The notes under the pieces were generated by a model, which made no database searches, was not told where the DNA came from, and worked only from the letters and a program-made list of their open reading frames with translations. Below, piece by piece: positions 27,633 to 39,500 of a stretch of DNA of 64,000 nt. Within the stretch, counting starts at the first letter, position 1. Every line of letters starts with the position of its first letter. A program made the translations under genes and the position numbers. The DNA comes from Octopus vulgaris. Its lineage: Eukaryota. The DNA lies in NCBI GenBank assembly GCA_951406725.2, contig OX597825.1, positions 49,910,001 through 49,974,000 of the forward strand, written 5' to 3'.

Positions 27633-28290
27633 GTTATATAAATAGACTTCTACTTTATAATCGTAAAAAACGAAAACTTCAATTCTCTAAGGAAATATAT
27701 CTGGAGTGTAACAAAATGAAATATTGCATATGATATTCAATGGTCCATTTTAAGTAGCCCATTATGTACACATGATGTTGAATTGAATTGTAACATATGT
27801 TGAGAGTAAATGTTCGTACTCCTACGTCCAATTTAAATTTATTAAACGGAAGATTTAAGATGTTAACCTTATTTTAGAAGAACTTATAAATACTTGCCCG
27901 ATAATGAGATGTAATGACTATGGTATGATAATATAAGCGGACAGTCTGTTTCTTGGAGAGGGTCCAATAAACTTAATTATATATCTTAAATGTACTTCTC
28001 TAGATGTTGTATATCCATTTACTTTAATTTATGAGATGATACCTGCGTACATTATTTTCTGTGCTGTTTTAATATCACAATTTTTGTAACTATTAATTCT
28101 ATTGAAGTTTTCATATTGTTATTGATATCATGGATATTCTCAGTCATCCTAAGACGATAAAATTAGATTACTAATTTCACTTAATAGTCCTAATTTAGTC
28201 TAATTCTGTAGATTTAAAAAAAATTATTCCCTAATAATTTAAAGCAAGTGATTCACTTTTTATTAACATACCCTTATTTATTTATTAATC

Positions 28291-28320
<30 letters not shown>

Positions 28321-28328
<8 letters not shown>

Positions 28329-29135
28329 AGGGATATTAGCCAACTGAATATGGCTAGGGACAGGGCAGGGTGGTGGGGGTGTCACTGTTGCATTTTGCCC
28401 CAGGCGAACATCAACGTCACCAGATAGGCCGACGCCATCACGGCGTCCTCTATCTTGCAAAGGGAGATCATTCACCAAGAAGCGGATACCACACACGGAC
28501 CTAGGTTCCAAGGTGTATTGCCTATTATCAACGTGTGGTAGGCATCGCTTCTCGATGAACGACCAACCGTGCAAGATATATATAAGGATTTTCAAGTAAA
28601 TACATTTACTGATTTCGAAAATCCGTTCGACAGCAATAATAATTCTCTAAATGAGATATAGACAGTGACTGCTCCATAATATAAGGGATATTAGTCAACT
28701 GAATATGGCTAGGGACAGGGCAGGGTGGTGGGGGTGTCACTGTTGCATTTAGCCCCAGGCGAACATCAACGTCACCAGATAGGCCGACGCCATCACGGCG
28801 TCCTCTATCTTGCAAATCTTGAAAATCCTTATATATATCTTGCACGGCTGGTCGTTCATCGAGAAGCGATGCCTACCACACGTTGATAATAGGCAATACA
28901 CCTTGAAACCTAGGTCCGTGTGTGGTATCCGCTTCTTGGTGAATGATCTCCCTTTGCAAGATAGAGGACGCCGTGATGGCGTCGGCCTATCTTGTGACGT
29001 TGATGTTCGCCTGGGGCTAAATGCAACAGTGACACCCCCACCACCCTGCCCTGTCCCTAGCCATATTCAGTTGGCTAATATCCCTTATATTATGGAGCAG
29101 TCACTGTCTATATCTCATTTAGAGAATTATTATTG

Positions 29136-29137
<2 letters not shown>
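28321..29137. mobile_element. 355-bp-period tandem repeat (minus) joined head-to-head to an inverted copy (plus), between (TA)n tracts
   Basis: ATAATATAAGGGATATTAG recurs at 28321 and 28676. 28819-29137 is the reverse complement of the same unit. Confidence 0.9.
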
Positions 29138-29182
<45 letters not shown>

Positions 29183-29185
<3 letters not shown>

Positions 29186-29937
29186 CAAAAATAAGGGTGA
29201 AAAAATTGGATATTAATTTAATAATACCTTCAATTTAACACCAAGTGGCTTAGCTCATAAAAACCAGGGATACAATAAAAGTTTATACACAAATATAAGA
29301 GAGTGTCCATTATGTGGTCGACTCATGCGCTAAAAATAGATCCGCTATGGTCTCAACCACCAAGAATTGTTTCCAAGGAGAATTAGCACAACTATGAGCG
29401 TAAACTAGCAGGGTAAATGAAAAATAACAAAAATGTAGATTAATTCTAGACAATTGTTTCGCTATTAATAAATTATGCAATTTTACTTACGTAATATATC
29501 CATAGTTCATCAGTAGAATTTGTCTTGAATACAATTTACTAAACCGCACGCTAGATTTTAACATAACGTCAAACACACGTGTGGTTTAGTCGATTATATT
29601 CGCAGTTATGATTCGAATGCCCTCGCTGTAGCGCGCCAGAATGTAAAACGAGCAAGACAAATGAAACGATACAAAATTTGGCAATAAGCTGTTATCATTC
29701 ACGAATGTAAATGTCCGCAGCTTTTCAGTGCAGCCATTGCATGGAAAACATAATTCACAGAACTAGACACAAGACGTCTCCCGAAAGAGAAAGTGTATAA
29801 AGTTCTGCTATTATATTTGAGGGCATATTTCTAATGTCTTCATTTTGGCTCGCTGAGGTTCGTTTTATATTCTGGCGTGGTAAGATGATTTAGCGTCTTC
29901 TTCTAGCATAATAGGAATCCACCTTGGTGGTTATTCC

Positions 29938-29942
<5 letters not shown>
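29183..29942 (-). mobile_element. HHR-bearing PLE pseudo-LTR-like element between (TA)n tracts
   Basis: Bounded by (TA)n at 29138-29182 and 29943-29998. Contains the HHR at 29442-29520. Confidence 0.65.
29442..29520 (-). ncRNA. Type I hammerhead ribozyme with canonical core
   Basis: Minus strand: AATTCTA-CTGATGA-ACTAT...ATAGC-GAAA-CAATTG-TC-TAGAATT. Perfect 7-bp stem I, palindromic stem III loop, GUC triplet. Confidence 0.85.
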
Positions 29943-29998
<56 letters not shown>

Positions 29999-30001
<3 letters not shown>

Positions 30002-30210
30002 GATCCGAACATGAAAACACAAAGAGAAGACACAACAACGCGAGGACGTTGAACGAGTATAGTGTTATTGGACGCTCAGGAAAGGAAAGAAAGAAGGATA
30101 TTTATTGTTTCGAGCGGAGCTCTTCGTCAGAAACATAGTAAAAGGAAAGATCCAAGGAAGGGAAGACAGAGGGAAAAAATCGCCAACGATACCCACGCGG
30201 TCACATTTTG

Positions 30211-30213
<3 letters not shown>
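29999..30213 (-). mobile_element. Short HHR-bearing repeat between (TA)n tracts
   Basis: Minus 30098-30136: ATGTTT-CTGACGA-AGAGC-TCC-GCTC-GAAA-CAAT-AAATAT. Confidence 0.7.
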
Positions 30214-30278
<65 letters not shown>

Positions 30279-30281
<3 letters not shown>

Positions 30282-31000
30282 GCCCCGAATCTTATATCCG
30301 GAAAAGAAGCAGACTCTAAACAACATAGCAGTAATGTATTTACATGCTGTTAAATATCTGTCCTGTCAAAGAGTGACCGATACATTCGCATCCATGGAAC
30401 ACTTTATGGACGACTCGTCAGACTGTAGTGGCGGAGGTCATACATCCCCTCTTCAAACCGGAGGCAGAAATACTTTAAGGTCAGTAAATTTGTAATCAAC
30501 GAATAAAATACCGTTGTCAAATGTTATGAACTTAAGTGGCGAACAGATAATCTCTGCACTTGGGCTCTTTCCTGTCTACGACGACTTCTCCGGTTCTAGT
30601 CGACGAATGAGGAATACCATGCCCGCAGCAGGCAGAACTTAAAATGGAGTCAGGGAATATAAATCTCATTCTTAGAATTTAATAAAGAATATGGGTCTAG
30701 GGAGCCATTAAGGATCTTTGCTCGTTCTGCTATGCAAAGCTTGCATCGTCCGCTACTGTTCATATAGGGCCTCGGCTGCTCTTTGGTCCTCCGGTTAATA
30801 TAGCGTGGTGTTACTTCATCCTTAAGGCTTCTTACATCGTCCTTGTTCTTATTACGTTTATCTTTATTTGAATTCTTCCCTGTAGGGTTTTCTATAATTA
30901 TTAGAATTCTCCTATTATCTTAGCTAAAAGTTGAAGCATACGCATTCCTCAGCAGATTACAGTACCCCTAGTTAGAGCTAAATTACTGATTATCTTCCAC
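30279..31000 (-). mobile_element. Penelope-like element 3' remnant (GIY-YIG C-terminus plus terminal repeat with degenerate HHR)
   Basis: Minus ~30660-30830 translates SLKDE..Y.INRRTKEQPRPYMNSSGRCKLCIAERAKIL..LLNSKNEI, matching the PY..C.LC..EK..LLN.R.E C-terminus of PLE endonucleases. HHR-like motif at 30370-30426. Confidence 0.7.
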
Positions 31001-32224
31001 GGTGTTTGTATACCCTATAGAGCTCAATAACTTGGGTGTCCTCGATAATGATATATTTTTGATCTAGATCAGAATATATGTACCTAATGTATTTTATCGT
31101 AGTCAGTAAAAATTTACTTACAGTAGGAATTCCTCCCATAACAAATTTCAGTATTACCTCAGCTTCAGTACTACCTCTTAATATACTATTTACTCTCACT
31201 CTATTGGCTGCTGCTGGTTAATTTTGGGGGTGCTTTAATATTATATCATATTGGACCCTGTTCCATTTTGCTGGCAGTTTGATTACTTTGCAGAAGCTAT
31301 AATGGTGTTTTCTAGACCTATGTAACATATAGTCCATTAAATATGAATCGCTCAATGTGCAGAACTAGAGCATCATTGTATTACCCAACACTGACTTATT
31401 TGAAACACTTGCAAGCAATTTATAAATTGTAAATTATAAACTATATTGTAAATTTTTCATCTTCTTACTGTCATCATTTCTGCATCCAGTACAGTGGGTT
31501 ATCTACTGCTATGCTTAATAGTATTGCCGGTTATTAAATGCAGAGCAAATATAGATTTCAGTAACATAATGCAACAAAGCATTTCTTCATAATTTGTCGA
31601 GGTCAAGGATACATTTGCAATTAAAATATCCAATACAGACTTCCACGTAATCATGGATGTGAACTGTGCGTAGGATATAAACTTATTTTTATCGTACGTC
31701 ACCTATATATATTATATATACATTCATAATTTACATAATTTGTGTAATATACGCTAATATTTATATATAAATATATAAATATATAAAAAATATTTAAATT
31801 GTTTCAGCTTCAAAACTTTGTGTGTGCCTGTCTGTGTCACATATATACATATCAGATCTTTATATATATATATATATGTCAATTCACACACACGCACACA
31901 CACACACACAAGTACACATACACACGCACACAAGTATGAGGATTGAATATGCTACTAATGATTTCATGTGGAATATTTCCTCAGTTATTACGTATTCCAG
32001 GTACGAATATTTCTAATCTGACATCAAGTACTTGTTTAACTGCTATTTCTCTTGCATTCAGCTTGTATTTTGCTAGTCACTCTTGTGTGCGTGCGTAAGT
32101 GCACGCATGCATGTGTGCGCGCGTGCCTTTGTGCGCGTGTGCATGTGTGCATGTGTGTGCGTGCGCGTGTATGTATAATATCTCTTTTTATTCTCTCTTT
32201 TAATTCTCTCTCTGTTTATTTCAT

Positions 32225-32360
32225 CGTATTCCTTTCTGTTTAAGAGCGACGGCCCGAAATGTAAAAGATTTTCTGACTTACCTGAGCATCGAACTAATTT
32301 ACCTGCTTATTGTTTATACACCTGTTTTTGTCGTTTGCTTTTCTGTAAATTTCTATTATA
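32225..32360 (+). repeat. Decayed pseudo-LTR-like repeat with degenerate HHR layout
   Basis: CTTT-CTGTTTA-AGAGC..GCCC-GAAA-TG-TA-AAAG, ending in (TA)n. Confidence 0.4.
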
Positions 32361-33156
32361 TATATATATATACGTTACATATTATATATAGAAACATTTT
32401 CTGTAAATACAATATTATATCATTTCTATGTACGTTTCAACATTGTATGCGGTTCAAATGCTGCAATATATATACCAAGTGATATTCCATCCCTGACCAT
32501 GTTGCGTATATAATGTAGTTGTTCAAGATTTATTCGTTTTATGAAATATATTTTGCGATTTTGGAGATTCAATATATACGCTAGTGTTTAGAAGGGTAGA
32601 ACTGCAATTATACCTCTAATATTCACAGGATAAAAGGTTTAGAACGAAATATCTCTTCTGTCACAGCAGTCACGAAAGCGATCTCAGCAATTAGATAACT
32701 GTTTATTATTTGTCTGACTAAAGATATTTTTCAGAATAAAATATCCCCGTTTGCTTAAATATGTCACATTTTAATTTCTTGAGTAGGAAATAAAAGAATA
32801 GTGTTGACAATTTTCTGGCCATTGTGGATGGAATTTAGTTGATAAATGTTCAAAGATATATAATTGTTATTTGAAAAAGGTATAGATAAAATGGAATCTA
32901 TTTCGATGCATTGATTGGTTTTTAGTTGAAATATAAGTTCTGAGATGAATTGCATATCACTGACTGCTTTGTGATTTAAGAATTTAGAATTGATTCTAAA
33001 AGTGTGTATCTGTCCACAAATGCAGAAAGAAAAGAAATAATAATTATATACATACGCATATTCATATATATGTAGGTATGTCTATGCATGTATACGGAGG
33101 TATACTTCTGTTTATGTATGAGTGTATATATATGTGTGTGTGTGTGTACACATACA

Positions 33157-33214
<58 letters not shown>

Positions 33215-33365
33215 CATGTGTGTATACATATATATATATTCATAGTTGTGCATGTATGTATATGTGTATATACGTGTATGTCTGTATATGCATGTTCAAA
33301 CAAGCACTCATAGACCAGCAAAACGAAGAATGTTTACATTTATCACTCTGTGTGTTTCTCCTTAT

Positions 33366-33402
<37 letters not shown>

Positions 33403-34261
33403 TTATGTGTGTGTCTGTGTGTTGCGTGTACGTATTATTTGTATGTGTGTATATTAATGTGATCTTGCCAGCGAAAAGGGTATATTCCATCTCTACAAGC
33501 AATAGAAAGATGTATGAAAATAGATAGAAACATCTTCTGATGTATTATCACGAATTAGGAACATCGTCCCAGCTAACATTGACAGGTGATTTGTGGTACA
33601 CCATTTTCCCAAATATATTAGATTCCAATAAAACATAAGGTATTCTACATAACATCTCACACTATTATTGTTTATTGGACAATTATTGCGTAAGTTAAGA
33701 CAACAATGCGGAAATGACTTAAAATACATAATTTTGAAATACAAAATTTATGTATAACAGTAATTATATATTCAAACTGCTGTTGTGCTCCTCGCTTTCG
33801 TAACGTCTTCCTCTCGATAATAGTTTCTGTTCAGCTAAACGCTAAAATCGCATAAACTATAAATAATATTTACAGGTGTGACTATAACTCTGGGCACCGT
33901 GTTTGGTTTTCTTCCAGAAGATACTTATTTCTGCTAAATTATTTGATCTGTACTTGCATTACATCTTTCGATGACATGAATCATTCACCGAAAATAATAT
34001 ATCTGCATTAAATAAAAGGGATATCTTGATGCAACACTAATTTGTTTCCTTAACTAGCGCCACATAACGTTTACATTAATGACCGCCTTGACAAAAAATT
34101 GCAAAATGACAAAGTGCGGAATTTGTCAAATTAGCAGTAAAATAAGGGTCAATTTAATTTCAGGTGTGCTCATGATAAATTGTACTTTAACAGGCCACAT
34201 GAATATTATGCTAGTTGCACACCATAATATCAGCAGAAATGCATTCACTTTTATAGATCAG

Positions 34262-34759
34262 ACTAGCTTAAGGTGACCCGATCTACGCGCGGGTGAGTGT
34301 GTGGTTGTTACTTTCTGTTGCTTCCTTTCTGTTTCTTATCGCCACATTCTCCCTCTTTGTTTCTCTCTAATTTCTCACTTTCCCACTCTCTTACTCTTCC
34401 CTTCTCTCGGACTCTCCCTAGCTTTCTCTTACTCTTTATCTTTCTCAATCTATCTCTCCTGCCATTTATAAAAAATTAGATTTCCGCGTTTAAATTACAA
34501 ATCCGCTTCCACTTTACCATGTTGAAAATTTGATTGAAATCGGGCAAAATGTGTCACGTCTAGATCCCTAAGTGTCCCCCAAAATCAATAAAATCCCAGT
34601 TTTCACACCAAACCAACGACTGTAGCGCCCCAAAATGTCTCCCAATCAAATTCCCATCTCAAGTAACTCCTTCCTGTAAAATTTAATCCCCTTCCAGCAT
34701 CATTTAGACCCCTTTTTATATAAAAATCCAATTTGTATCACCTTCCTCATTTTATAGAT
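34262..34759 (+). mobile_element. Probable Helentron/HINE-like non-autonomous element
   Basis: Starts ACTAGC..ACCCG..CGGGT (hairpin), has an internal CT-rich tract and an AAATTTGATTGAAATCGG motif, ends TTTTATAGAT. Confidence 0.45.
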
Positions 34760-35081
34760 TAAACAGATATACCAGACCTTGCTCGTGATTAAAATAGTTT
34801 ATTGTTGTTTTACTTGTTTCGGCATTATAACCCGATTTCATTCGGGTATACGCGGGCCACATTTTAAAAGATGAGGGATTTTGCCCCAGAGGCGATGCCT
34901 TTCAATTGAGCAGACTCAAAGTTGGCATGCATACTCGCTAGCAGTTTTAACAAAGGTGTGTACATTTTCAGCTGAATCCGATCACATATGCAGACATTAT
35001 ATATATATATATACATCAAATATATACATATATACGAATTATATATACATATATATATGTATATACATTATATATATATTT

Positions 35082-35147
<66 letters not shown>

Positions 35148-36644
35148 TAACACAATATATCTGATTAATATCTGTTATGATTGTGCGATGGTGATGGGCG
35201 ATAATAATTCACCGTTCGAAAAGACGGGAGTGTTTAAACTGTTGCTACTGTCACGCTTTCTCTCTATAAATAGAGACAGAAGTACAGCGAGAGAGGTGAT
35301 GGAAGAAAGAGTGACAGAGAGACGCCGAAGTTGTGAAACGTCGTTATAGAGAGAAAGTTATATACAGAAAGTGCAGACAGACGTACAGAGAGAGAGAGAG
35401 AGACTGTGAGAGGATGCGGTAGAAAGAATGACAGAGTTGGCGAGGGTGGCGGGGGAAGGATAGTGGAAGCCGTCAAACATCGTTATAGAGAGAACGTGGA
35501 GGGAAGAGAGAAAAGAGAGAGAGACGGCGGACGACAGGCAGATATGAGAAAGAGAGAAACGACAGACACTTGTCAAAGTGTGGTTTTTTTGCCCTAGTGA
35601 CCACAACTTTTGCGGTAGGGATGTCTAACCTAGCCCACTCACATCCTCGCCTCTTTTTACATGTATATCTAATTTTCAGAGGGAATCCGACCGCATTTAG
35701 TGCCACTTAACCCGTTCCAATGCCAAAACCAGCCAAACAATTTTTTCGCATTTCAGCTTTATAAATAGAGACAAAAGCGTCATGAATGCTTGCCGGTGAT
35801 TACGGGCATTGATCATTGTATGACACTGGTAAATCCTGTGCGTAACGTGTACACTTCACAAAAAAGCTGTAAACGTACTTTGTTTGTGGAAAAATGGTAA
35901 ATTAAACAATTATCGATTTCAACTATATGTATTTATGATCGATCAGCTGAAGTATTTTGTCACTAAATTAGTGTGTGAATGCTTGAGCATTCGACAAACA
36001 TTGGCGCCATTAGATTAATCTTGAGATAGAACCGATATGAGCCAATGTCTGACAAATTAGGACATTTGAATCATAACTCTATTTAAATTATATAAAATTA
36101 TATAAACGAAGCATGCTTCCAAATTTAGCAACTAAGTCTAACCTTTAAATAAATACATCACTGCGTTTGCCAGGAAAATAATATCCTCGAACGATTTATA
36201 TTATACAAAAAGGGTGCAAGGCCTTCGTATTATAAATAATTGAAAGGAATTACATATTAAAGTACCTCCGCAACATGATCATCATCTCATTGTCACATCA
36301 GAGACCTTCCTCAGCTGACATCACTTCTAACCCCTTTAGTCATACTATGTTCGAGAGCCTTATTTTAAACTCACTCCAGTGCAAAGAATCATATCTCAAC
36401 TTAAATATCAATGTCATGAATTATGTCCCTTATCATGTGTTCATCTTCATAACTCAATACTGGAATGTCTTCGAGAAAATAATGATTTATTTCACTCCAT
36501 GACATGTGTACGCACTTGTTCAGTACTTCTGCAAACGCAATTCTATGTCATTAGATGAATATTTTCTTCAGTCAATTTGGCTACTTTTCAACAAACATCA
36601 TTTTATCACTGCTATATTCTGTACCTTAAAATCGATCGAGATAA

Positions 36645-36860
36645 GTCGGCAAGTTGACAGAATCGTTAGCATGCTGAGCAATGTGCTTAGCGGCATTTCG
36701 TCGGCCTTTATGATCTGAGTTCAAGTTCCGCCGAAGCTGGTTTTTCTTTTTAACCTTTGGCGGGCGATAACATAAGTATCAGTTGAGTACTGGAGTCGAT
36801 GTAATCGATTTACCACTCCCATCGAAATTGCTGCTTTTGTACCAAAGCTTGAAATGATAT
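36645..36860 (+). mobile_element. SINE family A copy
   Basis: GGCAAGTTGACAGAATCGTTAGC..CTGAGTTCAAGTTCCGCC..GTCGATGTAATCGA. Confidence 0.8.
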
Positions 36861-38650
36861 TATTGCGAGAAATAAGGATATCTAAGGAGAGATTTATCAA
36901 GTTCCCTAAATATGTATTAACATATAACATTTTGTATTACACAGTCTTTTATATATTTTCATTTACATGACAGTGCTTTCATTCTAATCATTACAATTAC
37001 AGACACGTTTATACGTATGAATATATGTGAGTATGTATGCATGAATGTATTTATATGAAAATAATAGTACACACAAGTTCATACAATTTTTCAGTACGTA
37101 CGTTCCACCATACTGGATGGTTGCAAGTCTGCATTGGATGCTCCATGTGTAGATGAGTGCAGAAACACATGAAAACATTAAAGGAGCATTTACATTATAT
37201 TTCACACACCCTAAGTCTGATTTCGGATAGATGGTGAAATATTTTGAGTGTTTTGAGTGGAAAGGAAGTAAAAGGCAATAAGAAATAAATAGGGACGAGG
37301 GATCAAGGGAATGGGAGAGCGGAAAAGATAAAGTGGACCAATAAGATAAAAACAAGACAAGTTTTTAATTAAAGGAAGGAAAGGGAAGATATACATACAG
37401 CATCAGAAAATTACTCGCTGTAAGAATGTTAAGAATTATGTGTCATAAAAATCAATGACCAATGGTTTTATACAAAAGTAAACCTCAGAACAAGAATATA
37501 ATATATTCTATTGATTTATTCAAAGCAACAATATATACTATGTATCTAAACTCAAGATCCCAATAATTACTTTAAAAATTCATTGTTAGAGAAAAAAAAA
37601 ATCATAGAAAAATAATATAGGAAATCAAAAAATATTGTATTTTGGTGAACTATATTTCTTTGCTTTTAATTTTTTTCTCTGTTTTAGATTTTGTTCTAGT
37701 GGAAGACACGCTGAGTAATTATTAGCAATTAATATATTAACATTTAGGTTGTCATCACCCTCCTTTCAAAATTGAAATATTAATGGAAATCAAATATCAC
37801 TGTAACAAAATTCATTTTATTTGCTTCTGAATGGCTGGTTGTAGCTCTGGCTCTTCATGTGTATAAACACACATACATTCACACATGCGCGCACGCACAC
37901 ATACATATGCATACATATATATGTGTGTATGTGTATGTATGTATATGTGTATGTGTATATGTATAGATAAATAATTTTTCGATATTCTAACTGTTTGTCG
38001 TAACAAAATGATTATAGACTTTATATTGTATATCATTTATATAATATATTCTTTACGAAAATTACATTGATTATTTGTTATCGTATAGGTGAAAGTATAT
38101 TTAATGGTTACGCTATTAAACAGCTAATGTATACTCTCAGATGAAGCCCAACGTATAAATGATAGCATTCGATATCTAACATTCTCAGTTTCGGAAGTAG
38201 AGTGTTTCAGTTATTCCGGTCACGAATCACCTGTTGTAATCGTCTATTTTTATCCTTTATTTGTTTTAATCATCGCACTGCGTCCATGCTAGGGCTTTCA
38301 TATAACTTGTCAGCATCTTATGAAAAATCTTCATTCTGTACTGTGCAATCTTTTAAAAAGTAAAGTGTAACAACAGTTGCCTCGCAATAAAAATCATAGA
38401 ATTATTTTCTCCATAGTTCTTTTTCTTTTGCTAATCTGGCCACGTTTGTGAATATCTTCGATGTTTTATGTTGTAATCATTAAAGCTTCTATCACCTCCA
38501 TAACTCTCTAATTGCAATACAGATGACGTCAAAGATTATTTTACCGGTTACATAAGTATATGTATTTTTTTCAGGTGCTCTTCATTAAGTACAATATTCC
38601 TAAATTGTTATAGTTGCAAGAGACAAGGCGAAAAAAATTCAGCAATCACC

Positions 38651-38934
38651 TTCAACAGACAACGAAATGTTCTAATTGAGGAAAGAATTCTCTATCTTAT
38701 TATTTTTTTAGTATCTTCTGCTAGGAGAAATCACTAAGTATTTCTTTAAAAATATTTTCTCTTCTTTTTAATTTCCTGTCGTATGCACATATTATATTGA
38801 TACATGGAGGTAAGATATTAAAAACAACAAAAACTATGTTTTTGAATATTTAGTGATTTCTTCCAGTAAAAGAAACAAATGAATGCATGCTATACAATTC
38901 TCTTCTCAATTAGAACATGTAGTTGTTTCTTGAA
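38651..38934. repeat. Degenerate inverted repeat (old MITE or fold-back)
   Basis: ATGTTCTAATTGAG at ~38667 pairs with CTCAATTAGAACAT at ~38905. AGAAATCACTAA at ~38726 pairs with TTAGTGATTTCT at ~38850. Confidence 0.65.
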
Positions 38935-39386
38935 CTTGGTTTCTGAGTTCTCTTGACATTCCTATGTTCACAATATATCTATTTTTTTCTTTTTAAAATA
39001 AAGACTATATTATTCGCAGTCAATGATATTACAGAAACTTTGTAATTTTCAATAATTTACTTTCGGCATTATCTCTCACAACATATGTTCCAACTTCACA
39101 TGAAGAAAATGGACACGTGGACGACAGTATCTACAGAAGCACCGGGCTGGATATAAGTCCTTATGTTATTCATTCATTATCAAGTTTTGTGTGATGTGAA
39201 TTACTGTTACTTTAATGCCTTTTCTGTTTCCTGCAGACGTGAAAGTCCACCCCCACCCCCACTGCAAAATAGCAATCAACCATTAAATGGAACGCGGTAA
39301 CACTTCGTAGCAGGACCAATTTAACTTTTATGAGATTGTGGTCTTAGGAGGACATCTTTTGATTATAGAAGTCTTTAAGCAACACA

Positions 39387-39434
<48 letters not shown>

Positions 39435-39453
39435 CACACTCTTACATATATAA

Positions 39454-39500
<47 letters not shown>

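Noticed and set aside
28290-29238. Three similar ORFs (101, 79 and 142 aa) suggesting a small gene family
   Set aside because: They are the same 355-bp repeat unit read in its tandem and inverted copies. They have non-ATG starts and no recognisable domain.
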